DNA of 63,025 nt, filler included, from Saprolegnia diclina VS20 (lineage: Eukaryota): the NCBI RefSeq assembly GCF_000281045.1. It is 7 parts of 2 records of this genome, joined end to end, with 100 filler letters (N's around TTAATTAATTAA, not from the genome) between each part and the next. Parts side by side here need not be neighbours in the genome. Positions count along the whole stretch, not along the records: positions 11,052 to 32,664 come from NW_008246111.1; positions 32,765 to 43,908 come from NW_008246111.1; 5 more parts are not named here. One strand, given 5' to 3'. Made by a program: the position numbers and the translations under genes. Numbering within the stretch: position 1 is the first letter of the stretch; the number at the start of each line of letters is the position of its first letter. Under the pieces are notes generated by a model that was given only the letters and a program-made list of their open reading frames with translations, was not told the DNA's origin and made no database searches. Below, piece after piece: positions 24,720 to 37,302 of the stretch.

Positions 24720-25599
24720 CGAAGCTACTTGAGGATTGGCTGCAATGCCATTGGATCGAGCTGCAGCCTCGCGTTTGGTTGGCTGGTTGACCCCCTCGAT
24801 ACAAGCACATCTCGAAAGCCTCTTTGTTTCAGTATGCATTTATAGAGGGAGTACGTGGCACCACCAGAGCCCACGTAGGTCGAAGAGTGCGGTGACGCAG
24901 GCAGCCAGCACCGTGCGTATTTGCTATGCACCTCTCAATCTGCGGTTCATAGTCACGGTACAATGTTGTCGTGTGCGGGCCAGCGATCATCTCGGCTGCG
25001 GCAGCTAAGATTATCCTGCAGGCACACCAGGCGAGTCGCGCCAGATTCAGAGCAGTATTGCCAAAGTCCTTTGGGTCATACATTGCGAGAGGTGTTGATG
25101 GCTCCGGAGGATTCGTAGACGCAATAAGTTATTGCGGAAATGACGGCTTGAAGATCTGGCTATCCGTGGCTATATATGGCGGATACCATTATTAACAGTT
25201 GGGACCCTTGCGCGTGCTTCAGCTCAAACGCTGGTGCCAAGAAGCATTTCGTGGTCCCCAAAGCGTCTTGTATCGATGTGCCAAGTATGGGCGAATTCAT
25301 TTGGAATCGTGATCTGGGCGATTGCAAGGCTCGTTCCGCTGGCGGCGTTTGGCGCTGTATCGGTCGTCATTGGTCAAAAATAATGCAAAATGGCCAATCA
25401 AGCGCAGCTAAACCATTTTTATTTTAGTCATCAAGTCGAGAGCAGGAGCTGTCGGGAGCTCGGGAATCTTGACAGAGCAACACCACCGAACACGACCTCG
25501 GAGGTCGGACGCTGGCAATATGTCCAAACGAGACATGTTGTGCATAATCTCAATAGATGAACGTGTTTCGCGTTATCCTCGTTGTTACAAAGGCTTCAC

Positions 25600-25710
25600 A
25601 AGCGCCGAGACTGGTCTACTCCTTCATTAGCTCGCCGGACCGTTGCTGCGGGGGCGCATCTGGCTCTTCTGTTGTCGCCCGAGGGCGCTTGCAGTCGCAA
25701 GCGAAGCCCA
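25600..25710 (-). repeat. Dispersed repeat family, copy A (most diverged)
   Basis: Reverse complement GGGCGACAACAGAAGAGCCAGATG...CGGCGAGCTAATGAAG matches about 46918-46990. Confidence 0.6.
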
Positions 25711-26908
25711 TGATGACGAGCGCCAGCAACTGAGGCGGCGTCGGCGACTGGAGGTCGCGGAGCAGGACGATCGGCAAAGTGATCTTGGCGTGGCCTAAAA
25801 TCGGGGCGGGGCAATGAGGCGAGTGGCGGCGACCATGGCAAGGCATTCCTATCCAGGCGCAACACGTGGTCCAGCAGACGCCAGCGCTCGCGAGCTACGA
25901 TCTCTCGCAGTGGGCCGCTGTCTCAGCGGTTGTAGGGCGCGGAAGCGTCGCAAGGACTAACACAACGGGTCGTCAACAGGGTCGACCTCCTGCAAGAAAA
26001 GACACCACATCATAGATGCGACGCCACTCCCTCTGGAGCGGAGTCACTCGTACCCACCAAAATGCCGTCGGCGACTGAAGAAAAATCGCTAGCAGCCGTT
26101 GACGTTGCAATCTTGACGCCCTTCATCACCACTGCGTATGCTCTGGTATTTGGGCATGGAGTGCGCAGTCGTCGGCCTTGATTTGCGCTAAGCCATCGCT
26201 GATCGTTCGCCAAACGCTGGCTTGGACGGCATTGGAAGGGTGGAACACGGGATAGTAATCCCAGATAAGTCATGCTGGGCATGACCCATGTTGACCGCAA
26301 TTGAAGCTTGGGAAACTACGGGGAGTGCCCGCGACGCATCTGAGAGTATCGGTACTACAACTGCAAGGATTCCGGTGGAGGTTACTGCTGGTCACGTCGA
26401 CTACAAGCATCCAAGTGTGGTCGTGCGGCAAGCTCACCCAAGAGGCTTTTTTTCGGTCAAATCAAGTGCCTGGTAGCTCCATGAAACACAATGGTAGTTA
26501 GTCAATCCATTCAACATGTTTACTAGCGTCAGACTAAGCTTAGTGTTAGTGCAATGATGCACTGCAGAAGCAAAACACCAACTTGTGAACCCTCAAGACG
26601 AGGCGCAAACTTGACTGTCGCATGCGTTATCCGTGTCCAAAACAGCTGTACATTGTGCTCGGCTTGTATATCGGTACGTACCGGTAGCTGGTACCGGTAT
26701 ATACGGTATACCATGTACAGAGTGTTGTTGCAGGGAAGAATGACAACCAGCTGGATAAGTGCATTGAGTCCATGGCTTGTAAACAGGGCGTCCATTTGTT
26801 GCACGCTTGTACATCAACGGTGTGTTAGCCATTTCAGCCGGTATCAGATGGTGACGATGGTTGCGGCGACACGAGCAATGCAGAAGCTCGGCACTCGGAG
26901 CTCAGACC

Positions 26909-26924
26909 CCACTCTGAAATTTGC
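26909..26924 (+). promoter_or_regulatory. Oomycete Inr+FPR core promoter motif
   Basis: CCACTCTGAAATTTGC ends 6 nt before the ATG at 26931; similar motifs precede ATGs at 36733(-), 44076(-), 44436 and 62156. Confidence 0.6.
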
Positions 26925-26930
26925 ACCACC

Positions 26931-28001
26931 ATGGTTCTTCGTCTTTCTCTCGCCGCGCTTGTCGCTGCGGCCGCTGCATATGCGTCTGAAGCTGCGTGCG
27001 GTGATTTGCCAGTTGCCAGCCCGACGCCAACGCCGACTACAATTATGCCTGCACCCACGACCGCGACGCCGACTTCACCGACGCCCTCGGCCATCCCAGA
27101 ACCAACGACGCCGACAGCGACAACTCTGACGCCCTCGGTCATTCCGGAGCCTTCGACCCCGACCCCGACCACTCCGACGCCCTCGACCATCCCGAAGCCC
27201 ACGGCTCCAACGCCCAAGCCGACGTCGGCTACACCGACCATGGCGCCAATCCCGGCTACGACATGGGTGGAGATCGGTCGCGGATACAAGCAAGTCGCCG
27301 CCGACAACGCCTACGTCTGCCTCCTCGACACGACCAAGCAGGTGGTCTGCGCTGCGTCGCCGTCATCGACGACCAAGTGGGATAAGCGCGACGGTGAGTG
27401 GTCCACGATCGCTGTCGGCGGCAACTCGGTCGCCGAGTACAGCTATGCGAACGGCACGGCTGTCGTCTCGGACATTACCACCGGCACGTCGGTCGAGATT
27501 TCGACCAGCTTTGCCAAGCACGTCGCGACCAACGGCGACATATTTTGCGCCCGCGAGCAAACGACTGGTGCGCAGAACCACATCTCGATGAAATGCATGC
27601 CGTACACCGACAAGTTTGGCCAGCAGCAGTGGAAGTACCAAGAGGCCCAGAAGCACTATTTTGCCTTCCACGCCAGTGCGTCGACGGTGTACGCTCTCGA
27701 CAAGGTCAACAACTTGCACGTTGGCGCGACGGCCGAGATCGCGTCCGGCGAAGTCAAGTGGACCGATGTCAAGTGCCCGGGCTTCTCGCAGATCGCGTTC
27801 AACGGCGAGCGTGTTTGCGGTATCACGGCCGACACTAAGCAGATCCAGTGCAGCATTAGCTCCCTCTCGGAAAGGCGCATCACGTGGTCCGAGCCGCTCC
27901 CGGGCCGCTCGTGGATCAGCGTTGCGCTCAGCAACAACAAAGTCTATGCCGTCGACAACGATGGCGTCGCCCAAACCCACTCGGTCCCAAGCATGGCCTA
28001 G
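26931..28001 (+). CDS. Secreted protein: signal peptide, Pro/Thr-rich stalk, one tectonin-like beta-propeller (putative lectin)
   Basis: Hydrophobic N-terminus MVLRLSLAALVAAAAAYAS; PT repeats; about six 35-45 aa repeats of the form W......G.(Y/W/F).(Q/S)(V/I)A....V. Confidence 0.8.
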   Translation: MVLRLSLAALVAAAAAYASEAACGDLPVASPTPTPTTIMPAPTTATPTSPTPSAIPEPTTPTATTLTPSVIPEPSTPTPTTPTPSTIPKPTAPTPKPTSATPTMAPIPATTWVEIGRGYKQVAADNAYVCLLDTTKQVVCAASPSSTTKWDKRDGEWSTIAVGGNSVAEYSYANGTAVVSDITTGTSVEISTSFAKHVATNGDIFCAREQTTGAQNHISMKCMPYTDKFGQQQWKYQEAQKHYFAFHASASTVYALDKVNNLHVGATAEIASGEVKWTDVKCPGFSQIAFNGERVCGITADTKQIQCSISSLSERRITWSEPLPGRSWISVALSNNKVYAVDNDGVAQTHSVPSMA

Positions 28002-28421
28002 TTGCATGCACCCCGTCATCCATACACCCGCCGTGACGTTACCGAACCCCAGTCTTGATTTGATGTTGGAAGATAGATGCAAAGCTAGGGTAATCGCGTT
28101 GCGTTGATTGTTGTACAATACTTGAAAAGCACTGACAAAATGGGCAGCAGGATGGATGCAGCTTATAAGCCAACAATTGCTGCCTGCAATCCAGAGCACT
28201 CTACATAACATCGTTTCGACTTGATGTACGCTTCCTGCAATGTGAAAGTGTGAGTGAGTAGCCAAAAATCCAAATTCTGTCTCTCGGCGGTATAATTCCT
28301 GGAAGATTTCTTGGAACCATTCTAGAGGCGACGGAAACGTGGTGGCGAGGCTGTTAGAGCTGCAATGTACAGTATGTCATAGCCCTTAAGCTATCGGTAG
28401 CGCGTGCCTAGAGGCGTACGG

Positions 28422-28588
28422 CGGCGACGTAGAGTCGGCTCCAGCCGCGACGCTAAGCAAAGCGATGTCTTGAAATATGTGCAAGCGTGACTTTCGATCG
28501 GCTGGCGCCTCGAAAGTGGAGAACCCGGCGCCATCGGAGGTGTGCGTCGTTCGCTTCAACGAGACTGCGACGCTGTCTTCGAAAGCGC
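28422..28588 (+). repeat. Direct repeat of about 170 bp downstream of each propeller gene (second copy about 32492-32664)
   Basis: GGCGACGTAGAG.CGGCTCCAGCCGCGACG...GCTGTCTTCGAAAGCGC is near-identical in both places. Confidence 0.9.
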
Positions 28589-29732
28589 CTCGACCCTCGC
28601 GTCGAGACATAATTACTGATAGTAGAAGACTGTGCCGCAGTAATCGTTGGAAACGTGGGCGCGACCTATGTTGACCTCGCATCTTGTTCTGACGTCTGGT
28701 CTACAACACTTGCGCGAGAGCTGATAGACATTCCACCGAGTTGAATGCGCGTGGTCCTGTCTGCAAGTGAGCAGCTGTGAAGCACTTCGCAGCGTGCGAC
28801 CTGCCTCTGGCCAAGAATAACCGATGAAGCTCAAGGTTCGTCATACTGGTACGATGCCAGTTGAAATGCTTTCATGCCCAGCCACCTGCAGCACAAGGGC
28901 CATTGGCCAAGCTCCTTGCGCTATTGGTCATAATCTGACCAATCCTGCTTTATTTTGGGGCGCAGCATATGTTGGTGTCCGATCACTGCGCTTTGTCCAC
29001 GCGCGATTGGACTCTGCCCAGCTGAAATACATAAGTGGTCGCAAACTGCAACTTGACGTGCTGGCCAATGCTCTTCGACTAACACGCTAAACCTGATCTC
29101 TAAAAGTGGCACCCTCTTCGGCACGCGGTTTTAGGCAGCGACAACACTACATGCACTCGAAATCTAGACTTGTGCTGACGTTGCAAAGCCCATCTGTGCA
29201 AGATGCCCGCACTTGGAGCAAGCGCATTCTTGCAGTGCTAGCGCAGACATTTATTGCACATGGGCGTCAACTAAAACGACCAGCGGGGAGTAATCGGNNN
29301 NNNNNNNNNNNNNNNNNNNNNNNNNNNNNNNNNNNNNNNNNNNNNNNNNNNNNNNNNNNNNNNNNNNNNNNNNNNNNNNNNNNNNNNNNNNNNNNNNNNN
29401 NNNNNNNNNNNNNNNNNNNNNNNNNNNNNNNNNNNNNNNNNNNNNNNNNNNNNNNNNNNNNNNNNNNNNNNNNNNNNNNNNNNNNNNNNNNNNNNNNNNN
29501 NNNNNNNNNNNNNNNNNNNNNNNNNNNNNNNNNNNNNNNNNNNNNNNNNNNNNNNNNNNNNNNNNNNNNNNNNNNNNNNNNNNNNNNNNNNNNNNNNNNN
29601 NNNNNNNNNNNNNNNNNNNNNNNNNNNNNNNNNNNNNNNNNNNNNNNNNNNNNNNNNNNNNNNNNNNNNNNNNNNNNNNNNNNNNNNNNNNNNNNNNNNN
29701 NNNNNNNNNNNNNNNNNNNNNNNNNNNNNNNN

Positions 29733-31268
29733 GCCGACAACGCCTACGTCTGCCTCCTCGACACGACCAAGCAGGTGGTCTGCGCTGCGTCGCCGTCATC
29801 GACGACCAAGTGGGATAAGCGCGACGGTGAGTGGTCCACGATCGCTGTCGGCGGCAACTCGGTCGCCGAGTACAGCTATGCGAACGGCACGGCTGTCGTC
29901 TCGGACATTACCACCGGCACGTCGGTCGAGATTTCGACCAGCTTTGCCAAGCACGTCGCGACCAACGGCGACATATTTTGCGCCCGCGAGCAAACGACTG
30001 GTGCGCAGAACCACATCTCGATGAAATGCATGCCGTACACCGACAAGTTTGGCCAGCAGCAGTGGAAGTACCAAGAGGCCCAGAAGCACTATTTTGCCTT
30101 CCACGCCAGTGCGTCGACGGTGTACGCTCTCGACAAGGTCAACAACTTGCACGTTGGCGCGACGGCCGAGATCGCGTCCGGCGAAGTCAAGTGGACCGAT
30201 GTCAAGTGCCCGGGCTTCTCGCAGATCGCGTTCAACGGCGAGCGTGTTTGCGGTATCACGGCCGACACTAAGCAGATCCAGTGCAGCGTCGGCTTGCTCA
30301 AGAAGCGCGTCCAGTGGGCCGACGCGCTCCCGGGCCGCTCGTGGATCAGCCTCGCGCAGAGCAACGGTCTTCTCTACGCTGTGGACGAAGAGGGCGTGCT
30401 CTACGTCAATGGCATGCCCGAACCGACGCCGGCGCCGACGACCCCCGAGCCGACGACCGCGGAACCGACCCCGGAGCCGACGCCCGCGCCGACCCCCGCG
30501 CCAACGCCCGAGCCGACGAAGGATCCGGCCCCGACGACGTGGGTCGAAGTGGCGCGTGACGGCAAGCAAGTGGCCGCCGACAACGACTACGTCTGTCTCC
30601 TCGACACGGCCAAGCAGGTGGCCTGTGCCACGGCGCCGTCGATGACGGCCAAGTGGGTCAAGCGCGACGGCAAGTGGTCCACGATCGCTGTCGGTGGCAA
30701 CTCGCTCGTCGAGTACAGCTACACCAAGGGCAACGCCGTCATCTCGGACATCAAGAACAACTCCTCGGTCGACGTTTCGGTCGACTTTGGCTCGCACGTC
30801 GCGACCGATGGCGAGACATTCTGTGCCCGCGAGCAGAAGGACAAGAGCCATATCTACATGAAGTGCCTTCCGTACACGACCAAGTTTGGGACGCAGTGGA
30901 AGTACCAGGAGGCCCAGAAGCATTACTTGGCCTTCCACGCCGGTGCGTCGACTCTCTACGCCCTCGACGAAGTCCACAACCTCCACGTCGGCGCCACCGC
31001 CGAGATCGCGTCGGGTGCCGTCAACTGGGCCGCTGTCAAGAGCCCGGGCTTTTCGCATATTGCGTTTGACGGCACGCGCGTCTGCGGTATCACGGCCGAG
31101 TTCAAGCAGATCCAGTGCAGCATCAGCTCCCTCTCGGAGAACCGCATTACGTGGTCCGAGCCGCTCGCTGGCCGCTCGTGGATCAGCATTGCGCTCAGCA
31201 GCGACTTGGTGTATGCCGTCGACGAAGCGGGCTCGGTCCAACTGATTGGCGCGCCCAAGAAAATGTAA
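29733..31268 (+). CDS. Two-domain tectonin-like propeller protein (5' end in N gap)
   Basis: Domain 1 matches 27299-27855 up to QIQCS; PTPEPT linker; second diverged propeller. Confidence 0.85.
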   Translation, partial: ADNAYVCLLDTTKQVVCAASPSSTTKWDKRDGEWSTIAVGGNSVAEYSYANGTAVVSDITTGTSVEISTSFAKHVATNGDIFCAREQTTGAQNHISMKCMPYTDKFGQQQWKYQEAQKHYFAFHASASTVYALDKVNNLHVGATAEIASGEVKWTDVKCPGFSQIAFNGERVCGITADTKQIQCSVGLLKKRVQWADALPGRSWISLAQSNGLLYAVDEEGVLYVNGMPEPTPAPTTPEPTTAEPTPEPTPAPTPAPTPEPTKDPAPTTWVEVARDGKQVAADNDYVCLLDTAKQVACATAPSMTAKWVKRDGKWSTIAVGGNSLVEYSYTKGNAVISDIKNNSSVDVSVDFGSHVATDGETFCAREQKDKSHIYMKCLPYTTKFGTQWKYQEAQKHYLAFHAGASTLYALDEVHNLHVGATAEIASGAVNWAAVKSPGFSHIAFDGTRVCGITAEFKQIQCSISSLSENRITWSEPLAGRSWISIALSSDLVYAVDEAGSVQLIGAPKKM

Positions 31269-33419
31269 GCGCCGATTTTTCTACAAAAGAGCATAATTCA
31301 TTGAATTGCCTCCTCTTCTTTTGGGTTTTGTGGCGATATACCTCGTTTCCGAGGCAATATCTTGCATTCGTTACGAATCTATATAACGTGGGTTGCTAAG
31401 CGCGAGGCTCGCCCACGTTTTACCGGTCAACAGCGCCGACCACGGGAGCGGCGTCGACCAACGATCACGGATCGTGCAGACGATCGTAAGGCAAAGTAGG
31501 TCCCTCGCCAACGGCGCTCGGGTGCACCGCAGCTTTGTGCGTGTGGCGTTTTCTTGGGAAAGAAACATCGTGCGAGTCTACGCCGAGCGCGCAACTGGGA
31601 GCGCTGTCGCAAGCAGCATGGGCCACAACGCAGAACTCGTAGTACTATGGCGCCAAGACTTTGCACGGTGTAAAAGCTGGTCGGCTCGTACGACCAAACG
31701 CGCTTGCCCTTCTGGAGCTGCAGTGGACCGCAGCGCGTGGAGAAGCCCGTCTGTGCGCAGAGGTGCTTGCCGTATGTCGAAAGCCGGAGTCTGTCGGGTC
31801 GCTGCGAGTGTGCGTCGCGTCGATCATCATCTCGAGATTGAAGTTGTCGTTGCTGCGGTGGTGACGCATCCGGGATTATCCGGATGACGCCTTGAATAGC
31901 CAGGACGACGTCGCTGGAGCCGAAGAAGCTGTGCGCGCGAGACCTCACGCGGCGCCAAGCCTAACGGCTTCCACCTCGAGCATTTCACGCGCAGCGCTGC
32001 TGCTCGCGCACGGCAGCCAGCCCAAGTCGGCTGGCAGCGCAACGAGAGCTTACCGCCCGCCACAACCTCTCGTCCAACAACGTCGGTCGCCTCCGCTCAA
32101 GCTGCGCTCATTCGCAGCTCCTACCTCTCGGGCTCGACAACATTGGCCACGCGTCGCCCGAGGTCCACGACGTACACGCGAGCTCGTCGCTCGTTCGCTT
32201 TAGGCGCAAGGTACCGCACTCGTTGTACGTGCATCTCTCATGGTGAATTTAGGTATCAAGCAAAGTGTCGAGCTTGCTGCTGCTCGCGGATCTCTACCAT
32301 GGCGTCGCGATTGCGGCACGACAGCGCGTGTGCGAGCGTGTCGAGTGAACCGGATCTGGACGGCCTTTCAAGGCGATTGCCGAGGCGCTTTGACGTTGAC
32401 GCATACCAAGCACACTCGTGCGCAGTTGCACCATCGTCGCTTGCCGCCCTGGGTCGTCTTTTGCTCGAGATGCACGAGGGAGGCGAAGGGTGGCGACGTA
32501 GAGCCGGCTCCAGCCGCGACGTTAAGCATTAAGCAAAGCGATGTCTTGAAATGTATGCAAGCGTGACTGTCGATCGGCTGGCGCCTCGAAAGTGGAGAAC
32601 CCGGCGCCATCGGAGGTGTGCGTCGTTCGCTTCAACGAGACTGCGACGCTGTCTTCGAAAGCGCNNNNNNNNNNNNNNNNNNNNNNNNNNNNNNNNNNNN
32701 NNNNNNNNTTAATTAATTAANNNNNNNNNNNNNNNNNNNNNNNNNNNNNNNNNNNNNNNNNNNNCGCTTTTGATTGGTCAAAAAGAGGACAAAATTTCCT
32801 TTTTGGCCAATCAAAAGCGGCGAATGGGATCGGCACATGCCGAATACAATAGTATCCGGAGGCCATTCCTGGGAAAGGTTGCCACATCGAAACGAGCAAG
32901 TGGCAGAGCTGAGCGGCAGGGCGGCCGTGGAGGCCAGGACGGCGGCGCTGCGAAAGCCTTCTGGTAGCCTTGCCCAGAACAGCCAGCAGGATGTGACTCA
33001 TGTGATCTGGAAGCAGCTGCCTCGACCAACGCCATGGCCTGCCGTACGTCTTGGGAAGGCGGCTCGCGCTCCTGGCGATGAGGCCGGCGTGGCGCGGACC
33101 TCGGTTGTGTCGCATGGAACTTGCTGGATGTGTGTATTACAGGCAGATACGCAATACGTGGCAGCAGCAGGAACGAGCTCGAAGCGCTCTGCGATATGGC
33201 GGCCAAGTTTGGCTCATTGCCCCGAGGCTCAGCGCTTGGGCATTGCTACATAGGCCGTCGTGTATCTAACGAGATTGCGTTTGTGCGGTCCGTCCTTCCT
33301 TCTCGTTTAGTCGAGTGGGTGCAAGGGCCCACTGCGGCTCCATTGCCCACTAAACTATTCAACTACTCGACTTGAAAGATATTCAAAAATGCATTTAGTC
33401 GCTCAATTCGATCGATGGA

Positions 33420-36400
33420 TCACGAGGCTTGCGCCATCGTCTTTTGCTCGATGCGCAATACGAGGATACGCAGCTTCTCGTTGTCGTTCGGAAGCTCGTC
33501 GGCGCATTCGTCGCAGATCGTGGCCGTCATACTGTGGTGCGCGTCGCAGCAGACGCAGACGAGACCGTCGTCGATCTCGAATCCGTTCTTCTTGGCAGCA
33601 GCCAGACGCTTCAGAAGGACCTGGAGCTTGGACGCAACGGACGCTAGAGGTTCCACGCAGGCTTCGCAGTGCGACTCGAGCAACGAGTTGGAGGCGTGGC
33701 AGAGCTGACACACAACATGGGTGCTCACAGAGGAAGGCGACCACGTCTACGTCAAAGCATGCTGAGATGCCCGGACGATGCCTGTGTTGATCGTACCACC
33801 GAGTCCGTCGACGCGGCAGAGGACATCGACGGTGTGGGCCGAACTCGGTCAAGGAGGCCGCCGACCATGGACTCCGAGTCGCAGATGCGCGTGATCAAGT
33901 GGTTTAGCTCCGAGAGCTGCGGGACCTACGAAAGCCTGCTGAAGAGTACTGCGGTGGACTCGACCGAGTACCTTTTGCTTGGTCGATTTTTCTGCTTGCA
34001 GCAGCGTGTTGATGACGAGTGGGTGCGTCGCCAGCATCAACGGCGTCTTGCCCGTCTAGAGATCCCGTCCTTCACTACGCAGGATGATGTGCTAGATAGC
34101 GATACCGTATCCTTGGCAAAGACGCTGGCCTCGACGTCCAGAAGGTACTTGACGGCACTGTCGTGGGCCTTCTCAGCTGCAACATGGAGCGGTGTCTGGC
34201 CCATCTAGTTCAAACGAGATACGATTTGACGGGATCTAATCACAAACAATATTGTCTACCGCGTCGCACGCATCGACGCTGACGCCACACTGGACGATTT
34301 GGTGAAGGATGCTCATACTGCCACCAAGTGCAGCCGCGTGCAGCATAGTCGATCCATCCTAACATCGCAATGAGACATGTGGAATATAAAAAGTCAAAGA
34401 CAGTACTTTGGAAACGAGACGGGGGTTGGCGTTGGCACGAAGGAGACATTGGACAACGTCGGCGTGGCCACCGATCGCAGCGGCAAAAAGGGGTGATTCC
34501 CCATTCTACACCAATTTGAAACCAACACATTCGATTGAAAGTAGAGAGTACGTTGTTGGTCGCGTCGATACCACTCTCTTCTTCGGTCACTTGAAGCAGC
34601 ATCGTGACAATGGGCAGGTGCCCCGCTGGTAGAGAATACGTGGTTGGTCGCGTCGATACCACTCTCTTCTTCGGTCATTTGAAGCAGCATCGTGACAATG
34701 GGCAGGTGCCCCGCTGCAGCCGCCATGAACATCGCCGTCTCGCCGTTCTAGATCCCACCATTCAGTATGACACCGGGTTTGACGTCCAAGCTCAAGGTCC
34801 ATACCTCGTTGGTCGACGAGCAGTTCACACCCAGAGCGAGGAGTTGCGACAAACTGGTGCCATCGTTGGAGGCGGCGGCTTGGTGCAAGGCGGTGGCGAA
34901 GATTGCGGATGAAGCACAATGATCCTGCAACCTCACACGGTCAGTCAAACACTGTATCGAGGTCGCCCACCTTGTCGACGAGATCGACGGACGCGCCGGC
35001 TTGGTGCAGCGCAAGGGCGGCCTGCACGTTGTCAGTGCGGATCACGATGGCGAGAGCGGAGCGGCCAGCCTATTGTACCAGAGACGACGGCTTGAGCGTC
35101 CAACTCCAAGGCGATATGGATGACTCTACCGCGTCTTTGGCGTCGAGTTGGAGGCCGGGCTTCTGGAGCAGCGCTTGAAGCAGCGGCAGATGCTGTGTTG
35201 CCACAACCAGATGTAGCAACAATGTCTCAAACTAGTAGCATTGTCATGACTATCGATGACAATATTGTTGAAAAAAATACGTACGCAGTTGCGGACGTTG
35301 GCGTACACCAAATTGCTTGTGAGAACGCGCGTGGCTTCATCAAAGCGCTGGCTGTGCATTGCATTGAAGAGCTACGACATGGTATCGACCCCGAAAGCCA
35401 TGTGGACGACGGTATACCTGGTTGAGCACGCGAGGGTGGCTGCGCAAGAGACTTGCGACGTCGTCCTTGGAGCTGGCTGGCTACCTCGAGCGGGGTTTTG
35501 AGATCCTAGAGACAACAGTGCATTCGAGCGCGCTGCATGCAGCTAGTACGTTGTTTCTCGCATCGATGTTGGCGCCTTTCTCCAAGAGTAGACTCGCAAT
35601 GCTGCGCTGATTGCCCTGAGCTGCATAATGCAGCAGCGTATTGGCGCTCTACGCTCCAAGACGCTGGGTATCCGCGGGATGGATCATCAAAGCGCACCGA
35701 ATCGAGTGCGTCCAACGCGGCGCCGTGCTCAAGCAAGAGGCGGACGACGTCCATTTGACCTTTGAGAGCAGCTTGATGCAGTGGCGTCGAGCCAATCTAG
35801 ATAGGTCAAGCTCCAACAGTGTCAAATGCACCAATCCTACCGAATCGCGCGCGTCCACCAACGCGCCCTTGTCAAGCAAGAGACGGACGACGTCCATATA
35901 CCCTCGGAAAGCAGCTTTGTGCAATGGCGACGAGCCAATCTAGGTAGCAGGGACATTCAATACGCATGTTGTCACGCAAAACCGACCTCGTCATACGCGT
36001 CCACGTTGGCGCCGTGCTCCAACAAGAAGCGGACGAGGGCCGGACGATCGTTCTCGGCAGCTCGGAAGAGCGGCGTCGCACCACTCTAGACAGCGGTTGC
36101 ATCACGGCAAGGCAGGCGATGGTCGACGATACCAAATCGCGGGCCTCCACGTTGGCGCCGTGCTCCGACAAGAGGCGAGCGACGTCGAGGCGACCACTGA
36201 TAGCAGCTTTGTGCAATGGCGTCGAACCAGTCTAGAGACGTCGTAGCATCACACTAAGCAAGGGAAGCTGGAAGCTTGATTTTGTACCGCATCGCACGCT
36301 TGCACGTTGGCGCCTTTTTCAAGCAAGATGCGAACGATATGCCCCCGACCCCAGCTCGACGCTTTGAACAATGGCGTCCAACCAGCCTAGCAGTCGCTCA

Positions 36401-36733
36401 TCACTGTATGCAACGCAACGCAAGCTCCAAGCTTGATTTTCTACCGAATCACGCGCCTCCAAGTTGGCGCCGTTGTCAAGCAAGTGGCAAACGACGTCCA
36501 ATAGTCCGCTATCTATCGATTGGTGCAATGGCGTCAAGCCTATCTACTTGGAGCATTATGCATCTGCACAGTTGGTGTCGTACCTTCTTTGCGCAGTTGA
36601 CGTTGGCGCCTTTGTTGAGACAGGCGATGACGTCCGCCAAGGCGCCACGCTCTGCAGCTTCGAGAAGCGCTTCCTACATTCTGCCTGAGTATCGCAAGTC
36701 GCTCTGTCGCCGTACCTCGTTCCTCGTTGACAT
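33420..36733 (-). pseudogene. Ankyrin-repeat plus double Zn-ribbon gene lacking the kinase domain; probably frameshifted
   Basis: ATG at 36733 (MSTRNE|EALLEAAERG); a run of about 33-aa TPLH ankyrin exons; C-terminus CQLC..CEAC..CVCC..CDEC. The exon 35418-35505 is 88 nt between phase-0 introns, and there is an 88-bp duplication at 34541-34716. Confidence 0.7.
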
Positions 36734-37302
36734 TGCCCGTCGCTGCTGGTTGGAAAATGGTGCAAAATGGGTCTCGTCCCATCGCTCGTTTTTGATTGGC
36801 GCGTCATTCCACAATCCACAGCACGGTATCCGGATGAGTGGCACGTCACGCAGTGCCGACGCGTTCGTCAAGGGAGATACATCACGCTAGGTTTTATCAT
36901 TGACCCATGGTTTCATGTACCTCATTTGTCTGCCAGCGCTCACACTTCTCTTCGCCCAAGACTGCCTACAACAGCAAGCCACGTCCCGGGATGTACCTCT
37001 GGCTTCGCGCCTGCACGTATCCGGAGCGACCGCATCGCCCAACCAATGTACCACTGTCAAGTCCAGTGACGATTGCCGTCAAGGCGGCTCGCACAAGAGC
37101 ACCCAGCGTAGTTCAAGTACTCATAGGAGCAACTCGAGCTTCCTTGGCTCCTTGTACGAAGTGTGTCGCTCGCCCCAGTGGCTGTCGGTCGAGTGTTTTT
37201 TTGCGTCCACGATTTAGACAGTCCAACATATCATCTCTCCTATTTAAATGGGTCTGCGACCCGGACAAATACATACTTCAAGGCAAGGCGGATCCTGGGA
37301 TA

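Noticed and set aside
24720..26900. Short ORFs upstream of NOP2
   Set aside because: No motifs or consistent frame; only the dispersed repeat copy is supportable
29106..29297. N-terminus of the 720-aa ORF
   Set aside because: Frame carried across a gap by chance; non-ATG start and no signal peptide, so the true start is probably in the gap
31390..33300. Coding-like GC-rich sequence either side of the 32.7-kb linker
   Set aside because: Multiple stops and frameshifts; likely pseudogene debris but no family can be supported
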